Positions 11,035-20,368 of a stretch of 64,000 bases of DNA are shown here, piece by piece. The position numbers and the translations under genes were made by a program. This DNA is from Thermoanaerobaculia bacterium (lineage in GTDB: Bacteria; Acidobacteriota; Thermoanaerobaculia; Multivoradales; Multivoraceae). Under the pieces are notes generated by a model, which was given only the letters and a program-made list of their open reading frames with translations, had not been told where the DNA came from and ran no database searches. Each line of letters opens with the position of its first letter. Position 1 is the first letter of the stretch. Where the stretch lies: assembly GCA_963664405.1 (NCBI GenBank), contig OY761158.1, positions 3,584,001-3,648,000 on the forward strand, in the 5' to 3' direction.

Positions 11035-12582
11035 ATGGACCTGGTCGCACTCGCTGTCATCGTTTTCTACCTCCTGCTGACGACTGTGGTCGGCGGTCTG
11101 CTGGCGCGGCGCAGCACCGGCTCGGACCAGTGGGCCGCGGGCGGCGGTCAGATGGGAGTGTTGATGATTGCCGTCGGCATCGCCGGCACCCGCATCGGCG
11201 GCGTAGGCACCTACGGTGTCGCCGGCGACGTTATTACCAGCGGAATCTGGAATCTCTGGTACGGAGTCAACACCCTCCTGGCGCTGGCGCTGGTCGGCTT
11301 CTTCTACGCCGTTCCCTATCGCCGCCTGCGCCTCCACACCGTTGCCGAGATCTTCTGGGTCCGCTTCCGCTCGCGGCGCTGCCAGGTGCTCACCAGCCTC
11401 TGCGTGCAGACCGAGTACTTGATCGTGAACATCCTCGAGCCCTTCGTCATCGCCTCAATCCTGGTCGGCGTTACCGGAATGCCTTTCGGGGCGGCGGTCT
11501 TTATCGGTGCCGCGGTGCTCATCTCCTACACCGCTCTTGGTGGCCTTTGGGGCTCGGCGGTCACCAACCTCATTCACTGCGTCGTCATGCTCGTTGGCCT
11601 GACCTTGGTGTTACTGGTGGGAGTGGAGCATTTCGGTGGCTGGCCGAACGTCGTCGAGCGTGTCGACCAGGCTCTGGTGTCGAGCGGAGGAATGGATCCT
11701 TCGTCGTGGTGGAGCTTCACCGGAGGCGGGTGGATGGCGGTGATCGCGATGTTCTTCTCAGCCGCGATTCACACTCCCGCGGCCTCCATCTACGTCAACT
11801 TTTCGTCCGCCGCGAAGGACGAAAAGAGCGTTCTGCGGGCGTTTCTATGGGCGGGACTGATCGCGTCCGTCATGCCCCTCCTCGCCGGATCGATCGGTAT
11901 TCTCACTCTGGCCGAGTACGGCGAGGAGGCCTCCGGGAGCGGCTATTCGCTGATCACCAAGCTCGCCACTGAGCTCGACCCGCTGATCGGCGGCATTGCC
12001 CTGGCGGCTGTGCTGGCGGCGGTGATCTCATCGGGTGGACCGATTCTTCTCTCGAGCTCCACTATGTTCGTGACCGACTGGCTCCCGTTCACCAAAGATT
12101 GGGACTCACGAAGAAAGCTCGGTGCCTTCCGGCTGACCACGGTGATTTATGGCCTGGTGGCTGCGACCATCGCCTGGAGGGGGCAGATCGGGTCCATCCT
12201 CGACCTTCTTCTGCTCGGCTTCGCCATGGTGGTCCCTCCCGCGATCACCGTGGGCTACTTGATCTACTGGCGCGCCACGACCGAGAGGGGTGCCTTCTGG
12301 GGCATGCTCACCGGCTACGCAACCGGATTGGCGTGGTACGGCGTCATTCGCTGGGCGGCGTTCGTCGGTTTCGCTGCGCCCGATGGCTCGGGCCCGTTAC
12401 GGCGCCTCTTTCACTGGCTGTTCGTCTTCGAAGGTGAAGGAATCGACCCCTCCTACGCCACTACCCTCATTCCGATCGTCGCGGTGCCACTGATAAGCCT
12501 GCTCACGAAGGAGGTCAGGAGCCCAGAGAAAGACCGGTTCTACGACATCGTCTCCGGCAAGAGAGAACGCCGCCCAGACTAG
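11035..12582 (+). CDS. Sodium:solute symporter family protein
   Basis: ~13 TM helices, 'YTALGGLWGSAVTN', 'LAAVLAAVISS'; start at ATG 11035. Confidence 0.88.
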   Translation: MDLVALAVIVFYLLLTTVVGGLLARRSTGSDQWAAGGGQMGVLMIAVGIAGTRIGGVGTYGVAGDVITSGIWNLWYGVNTLLALALVGFFYAVPYRRLRLHTVAEIFWVRFRSRRCQVLTSLCVQTEYLIVNILEPFVIASILVGVTGMPFGAAVFIGAAVLISYTALGGLWGSAVTNLIHCVVMLVGLTLVLLVGVEHFGGWPNVVERVDQALVSSGGMDPSSWWSFTGGGWMAVIAMFFSAAIHTPAASIYVNFSSAAKDEKSVLRAFLWAGLIASVMPLLAGSIGILTLAEYGEEASGSGYSLITKLATELDPLIGGIALAAVLAAVISSGGPILLSSSTMFVTDWLPFTKDWDSRRKLGAFRLTTVIYGLVAATIAWRGQIGSILDLLLLGFAMVVPPAITVGYLIYWRATTERGAFWGMLTGYATGLAWYGVIRWAAFVGFAAPDGSGPLRRLFHWLFVFEGEGIDPSYATTLIPIVAVPLISLLTKEVRSPEKDRFYDIVSGKRERRPD

Positions 12583-12743
12583 ACCAGCGTTTCCAAAGTT
12601 CGCGCACATATCTCGGGCCCTTCTGCCCGCTGGCGTCGTTTCGCCTCCTCGACATATTCCCAATATGCCTGCGTCAGCGCGCCTAGCCAGCGAACAGAAT
12701 GACCTCGAGCTATGCAGCACGAACTTTGGAAACGCTGGTCTAG
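12579..12743. mobile_element. MITE-like palindromic repeat, full copy 1
   Basis: 24-bp perfect terminal inverted repeats CTAGACCAGCGTTTCCAAAGTTCG; near-identical copy at 63139-63304; no coding capacity. Confidence 0.88.
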
Positions 12744-12758
12744 AGAACCGCGCCAAGA

Positions 12759-15236
12759 CTAAGGGTAGTAGCCGGCCAGGGTCCTCACCGTCGCCTTGGT
12801 CCCCTCAACGGTGAGATCGATGAACCTGAAGTCGTCATCGGCTGTGGTGTTGGTCGACTGATAGGCAAGGAAGTACTGAGAGCGTAGATCCTGTTGAACG
12901 AGCTCATACACCGTGTCCAGATCTTTCAGGTCTCGGATGAAGTAGCTTCGGCCGCCGGTTTCGTTGGCGAAGGAGACCAATCGACGGCGTGCTCCACCGT
13001 CGTCCATGTTGAGTCCGATCGAGTAGATGGTCACACCGGCTCGCCTGGCGTACTCGAGAGTCTCTTCGAATCCGAAGCGGCTGACCTCGTCTTTGCCGTC
13101 GGTCAGCAGGAGGACAGCTCGCTGACCTTTGATGCCGCTGAAGTAGTAGAGCGAGAACATCAGACTGTCGTAGAGCGCGGTCTGGCCTTCCGGGGTCAAC
13201 CCCTGCAGGCCGCCGCCGAGGGAGGTGTGGTCGTTGGTGAACTTGACCGCGAGATCCGGAAAGCGGTTGAAAGTCACGACCGCGGCTCGGTCCTTGGGAG
13301 TGATGGCCTGCTGAAAAAATCGCAGGGCCGCGTGCCGCGCCTGGTCCAGCCCGCCCACCATCGACGCCGAATTGTCGAGGAGAATCACCGCGTGAAATGG
13401 CAGGTTCGAGACTTTGTCGAAGCGTAGGATCTCCTGCGGCACTCCGTCCTCGAGAATCTGGAAGTCGTCTTGGGTGAGGGTCTCGATGAGCTTGCCATCG
13501 CTACCCAGGGCAGCGGCATAGAGCTCGACGAATTGGATGTCCACCTCCTCGAGGAGGTCGGTGGAGTTGATAAACACCAGATCCTCCGTCGAGTTGCCGT
13601 CGACCAGGTGGGCAACCGCGCGGACGTAAGCTGTGGCGTTCTTGGTTGGCAGGCGAATGGGCTGAGCGAAGGGCTCTTGGTAGAGAGTGGCGACTTTCTG
13701 TTCGTTGAGAAAGAACTCCACCCGCTCGAGAGTGCGCCCCTCTGGGACTTCGACATCGGCTCTGGCCTGAAGACTCTCCTCGTAGCTCCTCCCCCCGCGC
13801 GGCTCGACTAGCTTGACGGCGAAGCGATGCTCGCCGGCGTTGAGTAGGAGCCGATCCTCCGCTGCGACTAGACCCTCCGCGTCGAGGGCCTCCACTCGCA
13901 GATCACGCAAACGCGGGAAGGGGCCAAGGTCGAGCTCGACACTGAAGGGCGGGCGGTTCTTCTGCACGACTTTGATGTCGTCGAGATAGAAGGCCACCTT
14001 CTCGATCTCGCTACCGGAGATGAGGGTTTCGAAGCGGAGAAACCCCGAGTGCAGCTCGCCGCGGGGAGCCACGATACGAATTGCCGTCTCGGCATTTCCT
14101 ACGGCTTCGGTCGCTTCCTTGAAGAGGCGCATACTCTCGTTGTCTCGGTCGTCGGGGATGTCGGCGAGTATGTCCATCTCGGGAACGGTTAGGGTCTTTT
14201 CGATCAAGAACACTGCCTTCGATGTCAGATCCTCCAGTTTGACGATCAGCGTGTAGTCGGCGGGGCGGAGGTAGCGCTGAAAGGCCATCGGGATGCCTTC
14301 GGGAGGAGGCTCGTCGGCCGGGAAGCCGAATTTGTAACGAAAGTTCTCGAACAATTGGCCGTCGCGAACCACCTCGCCGGTGAGCTCGAAATTGTAAGAG
14401 CGGTAGCTGGCAAAATCTTCTACTTCGGCCACCTCCAAAGGTACGCGAACGACGCCCTGAACGACGGTGCGACTCTGTACGCGTCCTAGAAAATCGATGT
14501 CGAACTCGGCGTCGAATGTTGCGGCCCCTTCCGGGACCTCGGCGGTGAAGGCTTGGAAGGTGGCGATCCACTCTTCGCTCTTCGGTTTCGGCTTCCTGAG
14601 TACCCGATCGAGCGTGAACGTATAGTCGCTGCCGAGGTCTCGGAGGCCGACGAGTAAGGGCCTGAGGCGATTGCCGTTGATGCAGGATCGAGCCGTATCG
14701 ACGACGCGTTCGAGAGCTACCATGCCAGGGCGCCAGATCGTTGCCCGGCCCAGGCCTCCCCTGCGGACGAAAACAACCAGAAAGTGATGCTGCAGCGTGT
14801 CGCTGCCCTCGTATTGCCAGACGCTTACCGGGTTCCTCGTCTTCGAGCAGCGCACATCGAGGGTGGCGTCCGGCGGACCGTGAACGAGATAGATGCGAGA
14901 TCGATCGTCTTCGAGAGACCCGAACTCGCCCTGCACGGTGAAGACACGCTCATCCCAACGCTCCTTCGCCTCGTTTCGGCCGGTTTGCGGGTAGGGGTCA
15001 CGGATCTGCCAGAACTTGCGGATGAAGGCGTCGCGCTGGTGATCACGGCGGAGTTGAAGAAAAGCAGCTCTTTCCTTGGCCGTGATCAGGGGGTCGATCT
15101 CGGCCAACCATGCCATGAAGCGCGTCGCAAGCACTTCATCCTGCGTGTCTTCCCGAGGGCCTTTACCATCGTCGGAGTGGACCGCAGCCGCCGCCGCCGC
15201 GAGCAGGAGGAGAACCGATACACGGCGTTTCATCAT
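12759..15236 (-). CDS. Secreted GWxTD-domain + Ig-like + VWA protein
   Basis: Signal peptide, 'FIRKFWQIRDP...DDRSRIYLVHGPPD' (GWxTD-like), VWA MIDAS 'LDNSASM', 'TALYD', 'LLTDGKD', 'ETGGR'. Confidence 0.85.
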   Translation of the reverse strand: MMKRRVSVLLLLAAAAAAVHSDDGKGPREDTQDEVLATRFMAWLAEIDPLITAKERAAFLQLRRDHQRDAFIRKFWQIRDPYPQTGRNEAKERWDERVFTVQGEFGSLEDDRSRIYLVHGPPDATLDVRCSKTRNPVSVWQYEGSDTLQHHFLVVFVRRGGLGRATIWRPGMVALERVVDTARSCINGNRLRPLLVGLRDLGSDYTFTLDRVLRKPKPKSEEWIATFQAFTAEVPEGAATFDAEFDIDFLGRVQSRTVVQGVVRVPLEVAEVEDFASYRSYNFELTGEVVRDGQLFENFRYKFGFPADEPPPEGIPMAFQRYLRPADYTLIVKLEDLTSKAVFLIEKTLTVPEMDILADIPDDRDNESMRLFKEATEAVGNAETAIRIVAPRGELHSGFLRFETLISGSEIEKVAFYLDDIKVVQKNRPPFSVELDLGPFPRLRDLRVEALDAEGLVAAEDRLLLNAGEHRFAVKLVEPRGGRSYEESLQARADVEVPEGRTLERVEFFLNEQKVATLYQEPFAQPIRLPTKNATAYVRAVAHLVDGNSTEDLVFINSTDLLEEVDIQFVELYAAALGSDGKLIETLTQDDFQILEDGVPQEILRFDKVSNLPFHAVILLDNSASMVGGLDQARHAALRFFQQAITPKDRAAVVTFNRFPDLAVKFTNDHTSLGGGLQGLTPEGQTALYDSLMFSLYYFSGIKGQRAVLLLTDGKDEVSRFGFEETLEYARRAGVTIYSIGLNMDDGGARRRLVSFANETGGRSYFIRDLKDLDTVYELVQQDLRSQYFLAYQSTNTTADDDFRFIDLTVEGTKATVRTLAGYYP

Positions 15237-15445
15237 CGATAGAACAGCCTAGTCGAAACTAGGGTGGCACAGCAAGATACGGGGTCGCGAGCGTCCACGG
15301 ATGCAACCAATAGCCGAAGCACTGCCGTAAAACACCTTGGTGAGAGTGGTCCAGGTCGGAAAGTCTCAGCTAACCTCCGCGTGACCCGCCACGGTATAGT
15401 ACCAACGTTGGTTTCGCGCTAGGTTGACCAGCAAGGAGAATCGTT

Positions 15446-16006
15446 ATGGCCCGCAAGTCCCTTGAAATCTCGAAAGTCGTTGTATTGGCGACGTTGTTCC
15501 TGGCCTTGTCCAGCGTTGCCTTGGCGCAACTGCCGCCGGAGGCGGTTCTCCTCGACAAGGTGAAGATCCCTCAGACCTTGACCCCCGAGAAGATCGATCC
15601 AGTCACCCTCGAGGATTGCGGCGACGATGCGATCTCTTGGACTTGGAACGACACTGAGTTTCGCGGAGCGGCCTCCAGCTCCAAGGAGTTCGAGAAGTCA
15701 CCCGAAAAGTTCGCTGCCGCGCACAAGAAAGAGCTCTATGTGCGGAATTTCATGCTCGCCATGAGCACGATCTGGTGTCCGATTACCGACGAAGTGACCC
15801 CAGGTGGGCGCAAGACGGTAGACGGCCACGGCTTGGAATGGGAAAGCTGCTGTTCCTTCTGTGATGAGGAGATGTTCCCTGAGAACTTCGAGGAGGCCCT
15901 GGTCCAGTTGCGTAAGCGAGGAGAGGTCAGCTACGAGCTGAGTGGGGGCACCTACACCGAGGGAGCCTCAAGCCCGGTCGAAGGGGCGATCGACGAGAAC
16001 GTCTAG
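15446..16006 (+). CDS. Secreted protein with two YHS/TRASH-like repeats
   Basis: AAGGAG RBS, signal peptide, 'DPVT...FEKSPEKF' and 'CPIT...CCSFC'. Confidence 0.65.
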   Translation: MARKSLEISKVVVLATLFLALSSVALAQLPPEAVLLDKVKIPQTLTPEKIDPVTLEDCGDDAISWTWNDTEFRGAASSSKEFEKSPEKFAAAHKKELYVRNFMLAMSTIWCPITDEVTPGGRKTVDGHGLEWESCCSFCDEEMFPENFEEALVQLRKRGEVSYELSGGTYTEGASSPVEGAIDENV

Positions 16007-16069
16007 GCTCCGGATGCGCCGTCCTTGGCGCCATCGTAAATAGATGGCGATCATTTCCGAAGGCTAGCT

Positions 16070-16633
16070 GTGCCGCGCATAACCAAGGTCTACACTCGGA
16101 CCGGCGACGACGGTACGACCGGGCTCGGTCTGGGCTCGCGAGTCGCGAAGGATGGCGCTCGTGTTGAAGCCTACGGCGCGGTCGATGAGCTCAATTCGCA
16201 GCTCGGTGTGGTCCTGGCGCTAGGTTGCGATTCCTCACTCGAGGCAGCGCTCCGAAGGATCCACAACGACCTGTTCCATCTCGGGTCGGATCTCTGTATC
16301 CCCGAGAAGGACAAGGAGACTCTTGATGTTCCGCAGATCGAGGAACGTCACATCGACGCTCTCGAGGAGTGGATGGATCGTTGGTCCGAAGAGCTCTCCC
16401 CGCTCGAGAACTTCGTCTTGCCCGGCGGATGTCCCACTGCGGCGAGCCTCCATCTCGCCCGCGCGATCTGTCGGCGGGCGGAGCGCCGGGTCGTGACCCT
16501 GGCCGGGGTCGAGCCGATCGGCGCTCACGCGCTGCGCTATCTCAACCGGCTGTCGGACGCGCTCTTCGTCGCCGCTCGCTACGAGAACCTCAAGCGGAAT
16601 TGCAAAGAGACGCTCTGGGACAGCCGAAAGTAG
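16070..16633 (+). CDS. PduO-type cob(I)alamin adenosyltransferase
   Basis: 'KVYTRTGDDGTT', 'AYGAVDELNS', 'RRAER', 'YLNRLSD'. Confidence 0.93.
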   Translation: MPRITKVYTRTGDDGTTGLGLGSRVAKDGARVEAYGAVDELNSQLGVVLALGCDSSLEAALRRIHNDLFHLGSDLCIPEKDKETLDVPQIEERHIDALEEWMDRWSEELSPLENFVLPGGCPTAASLHLARAICRRAERRVVTLAGVEPIGAHALRYLNRLSDALFVAARYENLKRNCKETLWDSRK

Positions 16634-16640
16634 GCTGCGT

Positions 16641-18359
16641 TCAGATCTCGAGAGTCTCGCGCACGACCTCTTCGAGAGTCGTCACTCCTTGGCGGAGCTT
16701 GGCGAGGCCGCTGCCGCGCAGGCCGAGCATGCCGTTGTCGAGGGCTTTCTGACGAATCTCGAAGGCACTGCCGCCGGAGAGCACGAGATCTCGGACGTCT
16801 TCGTCCAGCTCCATGACTTCGAATAGGCCCACCCGTCCTTTGTAGCCGGTGTGGCTGCATCGTTCGCAGCCTGTGCCCCGATAGAGGGTAAGGCTGTGGG
16901 CCTCGTCCTCGGAGAATCCAACGTTCATGAGGGCGGCTGGCGGGACCTCGGTCTCCTGCTTGCAGTTGCTGCAGATGCGGCGAACCAGCCGCTGCGCCCC
17001 GACGAGGTGCAGAGAGGTGGTGACCAGGAATGGCTCGATCCCCATGTTCATCAGGCGGTTGATCGTTGACGGGGCGTCGTTCGTGTGCAGGGTCGAAAGC
17101 ACTAGATGGCCTGTCATTGCGGCCTTGATCGCGACCTCCGCGGTCTCGAAGTCCCGAATCTCACCGACCAGAATGATGTTCGGATCTTGACGCAGGAACG
17201 AGCGTAGCGAGGTCGCGAAGTTGAGCCCGATAGATTCCTTTACCTGTACCTGGTTGATCCCTGGAAGGTTGAACTCCACCGGATCCTCGACGGTTATAAC
17301 GTTGACCTCGGGAGTGTTGATACGCGATAGCGCCGAGTACAGAGTATTGGTCTTTCCTGAACCGGTGGGCCCGGTCAGAAGAACCATGCCGTAGGGTTTC
17401 AGGATCGCTTGCTCGAAGCGGCGCAAGGACTCCGGCTCGAATCCCAGCTTGGTCATATCGAGTTGGAGATTGTCCTTGCCGAGGATCCTGAGCACGATCT
17501 TCTCGCCGAAGAGAGTGGGGAGAACCGAGACTCGAAAATCGAGGTCTTTGACTCGGTGAGCGATCCGGGTCTTGAGCTTGATGCGCCCATCCTGAGGCAT
17601 TCGCTTTTCTGCGATGTCGAGCCTCGCCATGATCTTCAGACGGCTGGTGATGGCCTCCTTCAACTTCAGCGGAGGATTCATCACTTCGTAGAGGATGCCG
17701 TCGATCCGGTAGCGGACCCTGTACTCCTTCTCGAAGGGTTCGATGTGAATATCTGATGCGTCCCGCTTGATTGCGTCATAGAGAATGACGTTGACGAGGC
17801 GGACGACCGGCGCGTCTTCAGAGCGCTCCTCCATCTCTTGGAGGTCGATGTCTTCCTCGTCCTCCAGGACTTCCAGGTCTGCTTCTTCCTCTTCCGAGAG
17901 ATCGTCCATGACTTTCTTCAGCTCTACGGCGCGGGTGCTTCCGTAGTAGCGATCGATCGCGGCGCGTAAAGAGTCCTCCGAAGAGACCACGGGCTCGACG
18001 GTATAACCGGTCATGAACTTGATGTCGTCGAGCGCAAATACGTTTGTCGGGTCTGTCATCGCCACGGTCAGTCTTGCCGCAGCCTTGGAGATCGGCAGGA
18101 CCGTGTACTTCCTCGACAGCTCTGCGGGGATGATCTTGATCACCGCTGGGTCGACCTTGATCTGATCGAGATCCACCGCGGGAACGCCGAAATGCTGCGA
18201 GAGGAAGTCGACGAGCTCCTTGTCGCGCATGTAGCCGAGACCGACGAGCTTGGCGTCAAGTCGGCCTCCGCTCTCACGCTGCGCAGCTAAAGCGGCGTCG
18301 AGCTGCTCTTTGCTGATCTTCCCGGCTTGTACCAGGACCGATCCCATTCGGTCATCCAT
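16641..18359 (-). CDS. pilB: Type IV pilus assembly ATPase PilB
   Basis: MshEN-like N-terminus, 'ASDIHIEP', Walker A GPTGSGKT, 'LRQDPNIILVGEIRD', Zn motifs CSNC/CERC. Confidence 0.93.
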   Translation of the reverse strand: MDDRMGSVLVQAGKISKEQLDAALAAQRESGGRLDAKLVGLGYMRDKELVDFLSQHFGVPAVDLDQIKVDPAVIKIIPAELSRKYTVLPISKAAARLTVAMTDPTNVFALDDIKFMTGYTVEPVVSSEDSLRAAIDRYYGSTRAVELKKVMDDLSEEEEADLEVLEDEEDIDLQEMEERSEDAPVVRLVNVILYDAIKRDASDIHIEPFEKEYRVRYRIDGILYEVMNPPLKLKEAITSRLKIMARLDIAEKRMPQDGRIKLKTRIAHRVKDLDFRVSVLPTLFGEKIVLRILGKDNLQLDMTKLGFEPESLRRFEQAILKPYGMVLLTGPTGSGKTNTLYSALSRINTPEVNVITVEDPVEFNLPGINQVQVKESIGLNFATSLRSFLRQDPNIILVGEIRDFETAEVAIKAAMTGHLVLSTLHTNDAPSTINRLMNMGIEPFLVTTSLHLVGAQRLVRRICSNCKQETEVPPAALMNVGFSEDEAHSLTLYRGTGCERCSHTGYKGRVGLFEVMELDEDVRDLVLSGGSAFEIRQKALDNGMLGLRGSGLAKLRQGVTTLEEVVRETLEI

Positions 18360-18503
18360 TGCCTACCCCGTGTCGCGTTTGCATACGTATAGCAGCTGCC
18401 AAATATATCAACGAGCTGCGGTTTCGTCAATGAAGGGGCCGCTCACGGCGACTTTGGGCATCTGCTACGTTGGCCCCCACTGGAGCGAGATCATGAGGAG
18501 GAG

Positions 18504-18745
18504 ATGAAGGAGCCGGAGGGGGTCGCCCGTCCGGGACTCGCCGCAGCCGGGTGGCACTTCATCGCGATCTGGCTCGTCGTGAGAGTGCACTGCCTCCTCG
18601 TCTCCTGGCCGCTCTACTACTCCGACTTCGTTCTGGAGTACCCCTACCTTGTTGGGGACGGCCCCGACATCATCCTCAACGGGCTATTCATCGCCGGCGA
18701 GACCGTTCCCTATTCTGGTCGCCCGCCGTTGCTTCCCCTCGTCGA
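18504..18745 (+). pseudogene. N-terminal fragment of a membrane protein (possibly ArnT/PMT-like glycosyltransferase)
   Basis: Strong RBS (GAGGAGGAG), TM helix, 'GDGPD...RPPLLP' pattern, then runs into the antisense of the heptosyltransferase gene. Confidence 0.45.
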
Positions 18746-19792
18746 CGTTGCTAGCTCGAGGGCTCGCTCGACGATTTGCTCCGGGGCCAGATTCAGCAGG
18801 CACGGCTTTACCTCTGAGAAGCCTCGGTGGCAGAAGCTACAGGGAAGGCGGTGCCATAGCGCTCTTTGCGGTGCTCCATAGGGACCCGAGCTTGCGGGGT
18901 CGGTGGGCCCGTGTATGAACAAGGTGGGAACCTCCAGAGCCTGGGCGAGGTGTAGTGGCCCGGTGTCGCCGCCGAGCACGAGGCGGGCTCCGGCAAGGAG
19001 TGCGACAAGGGAGGGAAGGTTTTCTGCCGGGGCCCGTCGCGCTGTATCGCGGCTCGAGCGCTCGAGCTCTTCGGCCATGCCAGCTTCTCCAGGGCCCGCC
19101 GAGATCAGTATCTTCCAGCCGGTACGCCGTCCGAGCTCGGCGGCGACGGCGCCCCAACGATCGGCGGGGTACTGCTTGTTTGGCCACGCGGCGCCTGGGT
19201 GAATGACGGCGTAGTCGCCCGACTCGTTGAACTTGTCAGGGCCTGCTCCGGCGAGGATCTTTTCGGGTGCGAATCCCTTGAAGTGGGTAGAGGCGCCAAG
19301 GGCCGAGGCGACGGCGAGGGCGCGGTCGACTGCGTGGGGGCCGGTGCTCGGAACCGACTCCGAGAGCCAAAGCGCGCTCGAAGGTTCGCGTCGGGACCCG
19401 CGCTCGAGGCCGATGCGTCTGTCACTCCAGCTCATCGCGGCGAGCACGCCGGCCTTGTGGTTGCCGATCAGGTCGAGGACTACTTCGGCGTCGAAGTCTC
19501 GAATGCGCCTGAACGCTCCGCCAATGTCGCGCCATGTGGCTGCCGCTAGGCGAGACTTTCTCCAGCGCCGAGTCCGAACAGTGAGGACCTCGTCGATGTC
19601 GGGATCCTGGTCCAGAAGCGGAGCGAAGACGTCTTCGACAACCCAGCCAATGTAGGCTGTCGGTAAGTGCTCCCGCAGCGCTCGCAAGGCCGGTAGGCAG
19701 TGAACGATGTCGCCGAGTGCGCTGGTGCGGACGAGGAGGACGCGAGGGGTCCCTGGTTGCTGACCAGGAGACCCTGGTTGGTCGGCCCTCAT
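18710..19792 (-). CDS. GT9 LPS heptosyltransferase (WaaC/WaaF-like)
   Basis: '[12 protein letters not shown]', '[12 protein letters not shown]', '[10 protein letters not shown]'; ATGA overlap with hldC stop. Confidence 0.9.
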   Translation of the reverse strand: MRADQPGSPGQQPGTPRVLLVRTSALGDIVHCLPALRALREHLPTAYIGWVVEDVFAPLLDQDPDIDEVLTVRTRRWRKSRLAAATWRDIGGAFRRIRDFDAEVVLDLIGNHKAGVLAAMSWSDRRIGLERGSRREPSSALWLSESVPSTGPHAVDRALAVASALGASTHFKGFAPEKILAGAGPDKFNESGDYAVIHPGAAWPNKQYPADRWGAVAAELGRRTGWKILISAGPGEAGMAEELERSSRDTARRAPAENLPSLVALLAGARLVLGGDTGPLHLAQALEVPTLFIHGPTDPASSGPYGAPQRALWHRLPCSFCHRGFSEVKPCLLNLAPEQIVERALELATSTRGSNGGRPE

Positions 19793-20190
19793 TCGGTGGG
19801 CTCTGCGAGCGCCTTTGCCCGGGCTATGAGGTCTCGGGTGGCGTGGTCCTTGGGATCTCCGACAAGAACTGTCCGGCCGCCGTAGGACCGCACGGTCTCG
19901 TACTCCGGCACTTGTTCCGGTGTGCCGTAGTCGGTCCCTTTGCAGTGAACGTCCGGCCGCAGCGCCTCCAGAACCCGGGCTGGACTGTCTTCCTCGAAGA
20001 CGAGGACGTAGTCGACGGGCACGAGAGCCGCGACCAGCTCGGCGCGCTCGTTGGCGGGTACGAGAGGACGGCCGGGTCCCTTGAGGCGAGTCACGGAGGC
20101 ATCTGCGTTGACGGCAACCACCAGCGCGTCCGCCTGTTCCCTGGCTGCGAGCAGATACCTGAGATGGCCGACGTGGACGAAGTGCCTCAC
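19789..20190 (-). pseudogene. hldC: HldC/RfaE2 heptose-1-P adenylyltransferase lacking its N-terminus
   Basis: 'HVGHLRYL', '[16 protein letters not shown]', 'KGTDY'; the NGxFD strand before HVGH is missing. Confidence 0.75.
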
Positions 20191-20303
20191 GACTGATCCT
20201 CTTGGGCGTGCCGTAGAGGTAACGCTCCAACACCAGGTCGGCTAGGAGGAGCACTTTCTGGCATTCGAAGCCGTCGACCAGTTCCTGTAGCCTGGCGCTG
20301 TCG
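20183..20303 (-). pseudogene. hldA: HldA/RfaE1 heptose-7-P kinase, 5' remnant (~40 codons)
   Basis: Reads [41 protein letters not shown], the RfaE domain-I N-terminus; no start codon and rest of gene absent. Confidence 0.75.
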
Positions 20304-20319
20304 GGAAACGCTGGTCTAG
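20304..20319. mobile_element. Isolated MITE terminus
   Basis: GGAAACGCTGGTCTAG is an exact 16-bp match to the MITE terminal inverted repeat. Confidence 0.75.
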
Positions 20320-20368
20320 GCTATCAGCGCTTGCCGTGCGCGGCGCGATGTCGGCGAATGCAAGTGTC

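Noticed and set aside
15248-15263. CCTAGT-cgaa-ACTAGG hairpin
   Set aside because: It shares only CTAG with the MITE ends and is too short to assign.
18710-20254. 514-aa ORF as one protein
   Set aside because: It is a chimera: the hldA remnant reads through an alternate frame of hldC into the heptosyltransferase, whose real start is 19792.
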